Positions 49,306 through 56,634 of a stretch of 56,714 bases of DNA are shown here, in pieces; the stretch's first letter is position 1; each line of letters opens with the position of its first letter. A program made the translations under genes and the position numbers. The DNA is from a virus (Duplodnaviria > Caudoviricetes). Location of the stretch: IMG/VR virus record IMGVR_UViG_3300042534_000372, positions 1-56,714 of that record. The stretch is one strand, 5' to 3'. The notes below the pieces were generated by a model, which was not told the origin of the DNA, made no database searches, and was given only the letters and a program-made list of their open reading frames with translations.

Positions 49306-49926
49306 ATGAAAAAAGAATTCAAATTACCTAAAGGAGTTGATATTGATCAAATAAATATTGACGTAAAAGGAAACTTATTAACAGTTATCTACAAGGAAGA
49401 AAGCAAACCAATTATTAAAGCTGGTGAGTGGTGGTATCACAGCACCGGAACATTGAATTTAATACTTGAAGTTAATCAGGATAGTCGAATAGCAAAGTGT
49501 ATGCCTATTTATGGCGATGGGATAAATGCATCATTCCACGGATTTGAAACAATGACTCGTAAGGCCGACATGAAAGAAGTTAAAAGTCTTTTGATGGATG
49601 AGGCTGTGAAGAAAGGGTATGATTATGGAACAATTGTTTATGGATTCGTAAATATTGGACAAACTTCTAAACTTAATGATGCTCCTTTTTATTTCGATAA
49701 CGGCGGAATGTATTTAGGTAATGTTTGTATATTTAATTATCACAGTGGCAAATGGGCTGAGATCATCGAAGAGAAGAAAGATTTTTACAGGGTAGTTAAA
49801 TGCAGCCTGAAGGTATTAAAGGTTATATGCGATGGATTGCCTGAAACAGATACTTTATCTAAGGTGATGACCAAACAGAAATGTTACAAATACATATATG
49901 ATAATTGGGATAAACTAAATAAATAA
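49306..49926 (+). CDS. Hypothetical phage protein
   Basis: GKWAEII and RKAD..EV..LL..EA.KKGY motifs. Confidence 0.75.
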   Translation: MKKEFKLPKGVDIDQINIDVKGNLLTVIYKEESKPIIKAGEWWYHSTGTLNLILEVNQDSRIAKCMPIYGDGINASFHGFETMTRKADMKEVKSLLMDEAVKKGYDYGTIVYGFVNIGQTSKLNDAPFYFDNGGMYLGNVCIFNYHSGKWAEIIEEKKDFYRVVKCSLKVLKVICDGLPETDTLSKVMTKQKCYKYIYDNWDKLNK

Positions 49927-49928
49927 AA

Positions 49929-49960
49929 CAAAACCCTCTTTAATCGGAGGGTTTTTTCTT
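49929..49960. terminator. Intrinsic terminator
   Basis: AAAACCCTC...GAGGGTTTTTT. Confidence 0.8.
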
Positions 49961-50339
49961 TTCAACTGTTCGGTATTTCCGGATAGTTGGATTTTGATAG
50001 ATTACTAACTGTTCAGTATTAAATCAATAGTCGCTAACATTAAACATCCATCTAAAATAGTCAGAAAAACAGCCATGTTATTAATTTTACGTATTGAATT
50101 ATTATTTCTTGCTAGCCATATGTAAATTAATGTAATCATGTTTATTATTTTTAGTTATTGTTTATTTCAAACTCATCAATTCATAAATAAAAAATATAGC
50201 CCACAGCACAAATAATGTCACAAACATTTTGATGTAAATAATATTCTCAGTCCAAACTCCAAGTATTAAAGATGATGAGAATACAAGGATGCATAAATAT
50301 TGTATTAGTCTAATCTTTTTCATAGTCTTTATTTTTAAT

Positions 50340-50591
50340 CTAACTCAACTCACAACTAGTAAGTGCATATTTCATTTTATGAATTAAATCTTGTTTTTTC
50401 AATCCATCCTTACAATGATTATTAATCAACTGCATTAACTCAGTATAAAAATCAGGTTTAATTGTGCTTTTATTTTCACTGAGTTTTGACTCTAACCATT
50501 CAATGTATTTTTGACTACTCGTTTCAAATAATAATTCAACACCTTTAAATTTAGATCTCTTTTCTTGTTCGAATTGTTCTCTGTGATTCAT
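50340..50591 (-). CDS. Hypothetical protein
   Basis: YIEWLE motif; ORF track. Confidence 0.6.
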   Translation of the reverse strand: MNHREQFEQEKRSKFKGVELLFETSSQKYIEWLESKLSENKSTIKPDFYTELMQLINNHCKDGLKKQDLIHKMKYALTSCELS

Positions 50592-50951
50592 GTTTATTAT
50601 TTTTAGTTTAATTATTTGTATTCAATGTCCTCTATGTGATATATCATTAAAAGAGATTTAAAGATAATACACACTCGATATAATTACATTGATCTAATCA
50701 TATCAGGCAAAGTTAATACCGGCTATGTTCCGGCTGTTGTACTCTCTAAGCTTACGCTATCACATTGAGAACGGAGTTAAGATTGTGGCTCATTGCTCCG
50801 GATATTTTAACAATTAACTCTATACCATGCCTTTTAACTTATTCGATTTATAGAACATTATTAAACAGGTCTTATCTTTTGTTTTTAGTCTGGCTTAAAT
50901 CTTTACAGGCACTTAAAGAGAATTGATAACTTTAAGCGAATAGAAGGCAAG

Positions 50952-51075
50952 AAAAAATCCTGTTGGCAGACCGTTCAAAACGGGTGAAACATGCCAAACA
51001 GGACTAATATAGATTGAAATAATAATGTCTTTTCTGTAATAGATGTTTCACCTTCTATTCAATAAGACAAAGTTA
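50952..51075 (-). promoter_or_regulatory. Promoter plus putative attenuator/leader RNA
   Basis: TAACTTTG element; GGTGAAACAT/ATGTTTCACC pairing overlaps a CCTGTTTGGCA...TGCCAACAGG terminator. Confidence 0.5.
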
Positions 51076-51219
51076 ATCATTATTAATGTGTTTTACAACA
51101 TGTTTAAAGATGTTCTATATTAAAATAATTCTGTGTAGGTTTGTTGTACCGAAAAAATCGATCAAACATTACGAGTATATTCTCCCCTACCAAAAGGAGG
51201 CTCATGATCGGATAATAAG

Positions 51220-51249
51220 AAAAGCCAGGTCTTCGGATTTGGCTTTTTT
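51220..51249. terminator. Intrinsic terminator
   Basis: AAAAGCCAGGTC-TTCG-GATTTGGCTTTTTT. Confidence 0.75.
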
Positions 51250-51312
51250 ATTTGCTATTGTAATATATAAGGTGTATATTTGTGTAGTATTAATTAAAAC
51301 TAAAACAATAAC

Positions 51313-51459
51313 ATGAGAAAACTAATAGACATTGAAGGAGAATTAGACAAAGAAGGTTCTTTAGTCAATAAGCTTAATGTAATGGCTGCGAAGAAAGGTA
51401 AGTATTTAAAAAACTACATCGAGGATGTTTTGAAAGATCATGTTGATAAAAGTAAGTAG
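51313..51459 (+). CDS. Ribbon-helix-helix-like regulator heading array C
   Basis: MRKLIDI...KLNVMAAKKGKYLKNYIEDVL; TATATTTG at 51275-51282. Confidence 0.6.
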   Translation: MRKLIDIEGELDKEGSLVNKLNVMAAKKGKYLKNYIEDVLKDHVDKSK

Positions 51460-51526
51460 TTGTTAACGGATTACGGCTATGAAGCGTTGCCGATTAAAAC
51501 GCTATAACTTTCAAATTTAAACTAAG

Positions 51527-51679
51527 ATGAGTAAAGAGAACAAAAATTCGGATAAGCAACAAAACGGCAATGATTTTATAGCCGATGTTACCAAACGTTA
51601 TTACTTAACCAAGGATAGACAGGGAAATTACCAAATATTAAATGAGTTGGCTTATGAAAAGAAGTTGATTTACGGATAA
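51527..51679 (+). CDS. Cassette peptide (MSKENKNSDKQQNGNDFIADVTKR...)
   Basis: 50-aa ORF starting in a loop, read manually. Confidence 0.55.
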   Translation: MSKENKNSDKQQNGNDFIADVTKRYYLTKDRQGNYQILNELAYEKKLIYG

Positions 51680-51766
51680 TGTTTGGTAATGAGCATTGGT
51701 AAGTTTTGAACCGATAATAACCGATTAATTTCGATACGAGTAGTAATGTAAATTAAAATTTTTATC

Positions 51767-52108
51767 ATGAATATAGAACAGGCAATAATAGATATTAAAC
51801 ACTTTAGTCAAACCCATATAGATTGGGCGGAGTATTTTGAAAAAAACCCAAACATTGAGAGTGAGTATTTAAAAACTGGCAAATGGAGTTCCGCAATAGA
51901 ACATCGCGAAATAGTTTCAAAATACGATAATGTTTTAAAAATTTTAGAACATGCAAAGACTGAAACGAGTAATAAAGATGAGGTTTTAAATTTACCTGAT
52001 GTTATAAAATCGTGCGACAACTGCAAATTTGTTAAAGAGTGTAGACATAAAGGATTAGCTGATAATGAAAAAAGAATATGCAAATTTTATGTTGAGCATG
52101 TTTTATAA
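51767..52108 (+). CDS. Cassette protein crossing a hairpin arm
   Basis: LNLPDVIKSCDNC; stop is the TAA core of the next site. Confidence 0.75.
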   Translation: MNIEQAIIDIKHFSQTHIDWAEYFEKNPNIESEYLKTGKWSSAIEHREIVSKYDNVLKILEHAKTETSNKDEVLNLPDVIKSCDNCKFVKECRHKGLADNEKRICKFYVEHVL

Positions 52109-52167
52109 CGTTGAATGTAAGGTGCGTTGCTGTACCAATGTTAAACAAAGAATAAAACTTAAATATT

Positions 52168-52401
52168 ATGAGCAAAAATAACAAAAAAGATACTGAGCAA
52201 TGCACTTTACATAGTGTTATAGAGAGTGCCTTGCCATGCCCTTTTTGTGGTGGTACTAACTTAGCTTTTATTAGTGATGCTGATGGAGATAGAGACGTTG
52301 AATTTATAGTTTGCATGGCTGATAACTGCCTTGCAGATGGTAGAATAGGTAAAAATAAAGAGGATGCTTTAAATAAGTGGAACAAAAGGCATTCTCTATA
52401 A
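52168..52401 (+). CDS. Lar-like (restriction alleviation) Zn-finger cassette protein
   Basis: LPCPFCGG...C...C...A..KWNKR. Confidence 0.7.
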   Translation: MSKNNKKDTEQCTLHSVIESALPCPFCGGTNLAFISDADGDRDVEFIVCMADNCLADGRIGKNKEDALNKWNKRHSL

Positions 52402-52447
52402 CGTTTATGGTATGGATAGTAAATTAACGATTAAATAAAACTGAATT

Positions 52448-52759
52448 ATGAAATTAGCAATAGAGATATTAAACAGAGAGATAGCACAGCGAAAGTTAGC
52501 AAACAAACACGAACATTTAAGAAAGGATGTGTGTACACAAGAATTGAAAGAGCTTGAAAGTGTAGTTAATTTATTAGCTATACCAATTGTTAGCGTTTCG
52601 TTGTTTGATACATTACAAGACTTAATAGAAGTGTACGAAGAAAGAGAAACCAAAGCAAGCAAGATGGGAAATTGGAGTGAGGCCTTCCAAAACGAAATAA
52701 GGGTAGGTGTATTACAGCATTTAGCACAATTGCATAAACATAAAAACAATGAACGCTAA
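52448..52759 (+). CDS. Cassette protein crossing a hairpin arm
   Basis: NLLAIPIVSVSL. Confidence 0.7.
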   Translation: MKLAIEILNREIAQRKLANKHEHLRKDVCTQELKELESVVNLLAIPIVSVSLFDTLQDLIEVYEERETKASKMGNWSEAFQNEIRVGVLQHLAQLHKHKNNER

Positions 52760-52819
52760 CGGTCGCAGGTATGTTTAGTGCCTGATTTAGAAGTAAAAAC
52801 AATCAAAATATAAATAACG

Positions 52820-53035
52820 ATGAAAAAAGAACAAAACTTGAATACAGCAAAACAACAGGCATTAAATATACCTGTTGTTAGCGGTCGTTTTTTTGAAGTG
52901 TTTGACAAAGAAAATGATTATAATTTAGCTGTTGATTTAAAAAACTATGTTAATGAGCATATATTTAAACACTTAGTTAATAATTATGATTTAAAAATAA
53001 CTTATCGTGAATGGTTGTCGCAAAATGACCGCTAA
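52820..53035 (+). CDS. Cassette protein crossing a hairpin arm
   Basis: QALNIPVVSGRF...NDR*. Confidence 0.7.
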   Translation: MKKEQNLNTAKQQALNIPVVSGRFFEVFDKENDYNLAVDLKNYVNEHIFKHLVNNYDLKITYREWLSQNDR

Positions 53036-53102
53036 TGAACAAGAATATGGGCTGATTGCCCTTGAAAATTAGTATAAATTTTAATTAAAAACAGATAAGA
53101 TT

Positions 53103-53429
53103 ATGAAACGTAGAAATTTAATTAGCAAAACGGCAATTTGCCTATATTTAGTGTTAGCAGTATGTTATTCTTCTTTTTCACAAGAGGCTGACACTGTTAA
53201 AATAGATACTACAGTTAATAAAATATGTTTGGAGCGTGGGCATGTATCTGTCGGGGTAATTATGAAAACAGCAATGTACTGCACCCCGTATAGTATAGAT
53301 ACTGACAGCACAACAGTAATGGTTTACCCCGCTTGCAATTACGAAAGTTTTACATGTAAAAGATGCGGTAAGTATGTTAGCCAATTAGAAAAGGAGCGGA
53401 GGGTTGTAATTTGGCGTAAAGAAGAATAA
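53103..53429 (+). CDS. Cassette protein with signal peptide and Zn-ribbon
   Basis: Hydrophobic signal region is encoded by the hairpin arm; CKRCG. Confidence 0.7.
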   Translation: MKRRNLISKTAICLYLVLAVCYSSFSQEADTVKIDTTVNKICLERGHVSVGVIMKTAMYCTPYSIDTDSTTVMVYPACNYESFTCKRCGKYVSQLEKERRVVIWRKEE

Positions 53430-53612
53430 TTACTGCTAATGAACAATTGCAAGATGGCGTTGAGGCACGAAATGCATTTTGCATAGCATTATAGGTTTTA
53501 ATAATTAAAATTTTGGGAGGGGTTTATTTTTCTTCATTTTTTTATCTTTATATTAGGATACTAAATATATTACCCGTATATTTGGATAAACAATAACACT
53601 AAAACATACGAC

Positions 53613-53939
53613 ATGAAAACTTTTATAAAATTAATAACATTAATAGTAGTATTATCATCATCAACACTAGCTAGCGCAAATCACGATAATCAGACAGAGA
53701 TAAATCATTCAAAATACGACACTATTGTTTGTGATTTCTTATCGTCGCAATCTCCCAATATTGTCATTAACCGTATTGATTTTAACTTTTTCTTATCAGC
53801 ACTAGAAAGAGTCGGGTTTAATTGCGCGATAGATTCGGATAGATATAATATGACCAGGGTAATTAATGGTGCAACTATAAAAATTCAATGGAGTGTTACT
53901 GGTTACAATACGACTTTTACTAAAATGGAAATTAAATAA
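53613..53939 (+). CDS. Secreted hypothetical cassette protein with own promoter
   Basis: Signal peptide; TATATTTG near 53577-53584. Confidence 0.7.
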   Translation: MKTFIKLITLIVVLSSSTLASANHDNQTEINHSKYDTIVCDFLSSQSPNIVINRIDFNFFLSALERVGFNCAIDSDRYNMTRVINGATIKIQWSVTGYNTTFTKMEIK

Positions 53940-53944
53940 ACAAC

Positions 53945-54124
53945 ATGTCAAAAAACTTAATGAATTGGATAAAGCAGAATAAACGCTTTGTTAAAATACG
54001 TGCTATTGAGCAAGAATTAAAGATGCCTGACAGTACATTGATAAAAGCTGTGAACGAAGTACAGAATTTACCTAAGAAGTGGATTAAACCGCTGAATGAA
54101 TTCCTAATTACTTTGAAAAAGTAA
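53945..54124 (+). CDS. Small HTH protein (paralog of 20249 and 48980)
   Basis: WIKQNKRFVKIRAIEQELKMPDSTLIKAVNE, read manually. Confidence 0.72.
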   Translation: MSKNLMNWIKQNKRFVKIRAIEQELKMPDSTLIKAVNEVQNLPKKWIKPLNEFLITLKK

Positions 54125-54292
54125 CAGTGCGTAGGCAATTTTAATTTTATTACCTATAATGAATGGCTAAAGTTACCTTTTAAACAAAACCCAATGAATA
54201 TGCACCGTTTAAATATTCAAGTGTGCATATTTCGTTACATTACAATTACACGTGAGTAATAATAGTTACACTAAAATTTAAAAATAAACAAA

Positions 54293-54484
54293 ATGAAACT
54301 AACAAAATTAGAAAAGGCATTAGTAGTATCAGGTTCTACTTCAATAATCGGAATAGTATGTACTGTGTTTGAATTACTCTCTATGCCATTCGGTTATGAA
54401 TTCAACTGGTATAGTGTTTGTATTTTAGGACTTGGAGTTATTGGAAGTGTGATATTTGGAAGGATTTACACAAATAAAAACTAA
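54293..54484 (+). CDS. Small two-TM protein
   Basis: Hydrophobic segments. Confidence 0.55.
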   Translation: MKLTKLEKALVVSGSTSIIGIVCTVFELLSMPFGYEFNWYSVCILGLGVIGSVIFGRIYTNKN

Positions 54485-54488
54485 AACT

Positions 54489-54974
54489 ATGAAAAAACTA
54501 ATAATTTTAACCGCATTGTTATTATTAACTATTTGTGTTAAGTCTCAGATAACTGATAATACATTTCAAGCGTTAGAAGTAACATTCAGTAACGAAGATA
54601 AAGCACCTGGCTTTAACGCTTATTTATTCAATAAAGGATTTGGATTAGTTGCCGGATTCGAGACTGGCAATTATCGATTTGGAGATACTGCTAAAACGGA
54701 ACACGATAAATACAGATTAGGATTAGCGATCAACGCAACCGAAAAAGATTCATATTATTGCGGTGGTAGCTTAATCTTTTACGCTACTGCATGTTATAAC
54801 GAATACAAGGAAGTTTACGATAAGTTCGATCATATAAACGATGATTTGCCTACGTACACATGTGAATTAGGCGTTAAGTTCTTGTTTCCGAACAGTAGGG
54901 TATTTTCAGGCTTTCAATACGATATTATTCATAAGACTGGCGGGTTTTCAGTTGGGTTAATTATAAATAAATAG
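54489..54974 (+). CDS. Putative outer-membrane beta-barrel protein
   Basis: Signal peptide MKKLIILTALLLLTICVKS-Q; amphipathic beta strands ending GGFSVGL. Confidence 0.65.
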   Translation: MKKLIILTALLLLTICVKSQITDNTFQALEVTFSNEDKAPGFNAYLFNKGFGLVAGFETGNYRFGDTAKTEHDKYRLGLAINATEKDSYYCGGSLIFYATACYNEYKEVYDKFDHINDDLPTYTCELGVKFLFPNSRVFSGFQYDIIHKTGGFSVGLIINK

Positions 54975-54976
54975 AT

Positions 54977-55399
54977 ATGGAAAAGATTGGGAATATAATA
55001 ATGTTATCGTGTATGCTAATATTAGCAGTAAGTATATCCTATGGTATATTCAAACTGTGTAGCGTTAAAGATAATGAATCGAAATATATCAATTCAGAAT
55101 TAGGTAGTAATGTTTGTGATGATGATTATGTAACGGTAATATATGACTGTTCGATATGTACCATTTCAAAAATAACTACAGATAAAGATACTGTTATAAG
55201 ATTAGATAATTTAAAAGAAGGAATGTCTGGATACATCAATATAAATACACAATCAGGATGCAAGTTGAGAGTGATAGTGTGCCCTGATGTAGTAAGCGAC
55301 ACAAGCAATATAAATCCTATCATTATTGATGGTTTCGGAGTTGTATCATGGTGTTGCATTAATAGTGTTTTATATAAAATATATGACAAATATGAATAG
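54977..55399 (+). CDS. Membrane-anchored paralog of the tail fibre C-terminal domain
   Basis: YDCS....SKIT....T...L.NL.EGMSG.I.I matches the fibre tip. Confidence 0.7.
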   Translation: MEKIGNIIMLSCMLILAVSISYGIFKLCSVKDNESKYINSELGSNVCDDDYVTVIYDCSICTISKITTDKDTVIRLDNLKEGMSGYININTQSGCKLRVIVCPDVVSDTSNINPIIIDGFGVVSWCCINSVLYKIYDKYE

Positions 55400-55604
55400 T
55401 GTTTTTGAGTTTGCATATACTGATTGTCATCATGATAGTGGCCCTGTGTGTGTTAGTATTCATAAAACAATAAAAGGCGCAGAGGTCGCGAGTCGTCTAC
55501 ATAAAGAAAACGAACGAAAGGAGTGTGAGGACGACGACATTAATTTTGATGAGTATTCCGAGTATGCATTATGGGTTATCACAGAAAGAGAAGTACTAGA
55601 ATAA
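55392..55604 (+). CDS. Hypothetical protein
   Basis: SIHKTIKGAEVA motif; likely start MNSVF. Confidence 0.6.
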   Translation: MNSVFEFAYTDCHHDSGPVCVSIHKTIKGAEVASRLHKENERKECEDDDINFDEYSEYALWVITEREVLE

Positions 55605-55608
55605 ATAG

Positions 55609-56055
55609 TCACAATCCAGTAACATTCTTCACATACATTAAGAATTTAAGATCATTAGCGTTTGTGAATGTTGTACGACTATCTTTATTGTGCCCCATGT
55701 AATCACCATACTTTTTAATCAATGAAGGTGCTTTGTTATTCGTATTGTAAAGCTCATACTTTAGATTTGATCCTCTTAGTTTAATCCCTGCGTAGTTTGC
55801 GCCTGTTAGGTTTAAATCTGGAACTCCTAAAGTTGGTCGTGAATTACGTTGATTCTTAAACCTAGCATATCTAGGATTACGATATTCAGGACTTATCGCT
55901 TTATCAGTTGGCATTTCACCATCTATCAATTGATTCTGATTTAGCTTTATAGCCAATGGTGCATTATCCATAACAATCTCGTCTAATATCCTCGGTAGGT
56001 TATTAGTAATGCTCTGTAATCTTGCGTAAAGCTCGTGTATTGTTATATCGCCCAT
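55609..56055 (-). CDS. Probable tail completion / virion morphogenesis protein
   Basis: LNQNQL..G, PDLNLTG, LIKKYG motifs; start MGDIT at 56055 with an upstream TATCTTTA element. Confidence 0.65.
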   Translation of the reverse strand: MGDITIHELYARLQSITNNLPRILDEIVMDNAPLAIKLNQNQLIDGEMPTDKAISPEYRNPRYARFKNQRNSRPTLGVPDLNLTGANYAGIKLRGSNLKYELYNTNNKAPSLIKKYGDYMGHNKDSRTTFTNANDLKFLMYVKNVTGL

Positions 56056-56225
56056 ACTATAAAGATAATAAAAATAAAAATCAACTAATAAATTAATAGG
56101 CTTACTTGTAATTAATACAAATAACACGTTTGTGTTAATTATTATTGCATTACTATTGGCTAGTGACACATTTGTGCTTATATTTGTAATAGACAATAAG
56201 GAAATAAACTTTAAAACTAAACAAG

Positions 56226-56465
56226 ATGAAAACTTCAACTTTAAAAAACAAATTAAACAAACTGAATATTGAATTTACAATTGATTCCAACTATCAAGTA
56301 ATTGATTTTACAATAAATAACAAAAGTTATTCAGGTAGTTTAAATAATGATGAAGATGAAGTTTTCGGTTTTTGCGCTATAACTGGTTATGATGATGCAA
56401 GCCAAGAAACAACTAGAAGATTCTTTGATAATTTTAATCAGGTTTTAAGACATTCAAATAAATAA
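56226..56465 (+). CDS. Hypothetical protein (allele of 390-629)
   Basis: ORF track. Confidence 0.8.
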   Translation: MKTSTLKNKLNKLNIEFTIDSNYQVIDFTINNKSYSGSLNNDEDEVFGFCAITGYDDASQETTRRFFDNFNQVLRHSNK

Positions 56466-56466
56466 A

Positions 56467-56634
56467 ATGGATATTAAATTTAAAGGTCAAAAGCTCTCAA
56501 CTTTAGAATGGGTTGAGAGTGATTCCATACTACAAGGCAGGCATTGCGAAACCAAAAGAATTTTCTTGAAAACAAAAGAAAAGTTCCCGCAGTGGACTGA
56601 ATGTAAACCAGAAACGGTTATTCAAATTAAATAA
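56467..56634 (+). CDS. Small YopX-like protein (allele of 631-798)
   Basis: Same translation as 631-798. Confidence 0.6.
   Translation: MDIKFKGQKLSTLEWVESDSILQGRHCETKRIFLKTKEKFPQWTECKPETVIQIK

Larger units (their letters stand above)
51459..54198 (+). mobile_element. Array C of attC-like hairpin cassettes (7 sites)
   Basis: Hairpins at about 51459-51596, 51681-52009, 52101-52225, 52393-52598, 52752-52886, 53027-53162, 53431-53496; terminal half site 54157-54198. Confidence 0.88.
757..56592. mobile_element. Near-complete circular siphovirus genome (~55.8 kb), probable Bacteroidota host
   Basis: Terminase, portal, protease, capsid, tail, lysis and replication genes present; exact terminal overlap 757-878 = 56593-56714. 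Confidence 0.92.

Noticed and set aside
46852-54198. Array hairpins as simple intrinsic terminators
   Set aside because: No U-tracts, loops up to about 400 nt, arms lie inside ORFs, and flanks match across adjacent sites.
757-56592. Integrase or lysogeny module, and stop-codon reassignment
   Set aside because: No tyrosine or serine recombinase motifs recognised in the ORF set by eye (an HMM search should confirm this); long genes are intact under the standard code.
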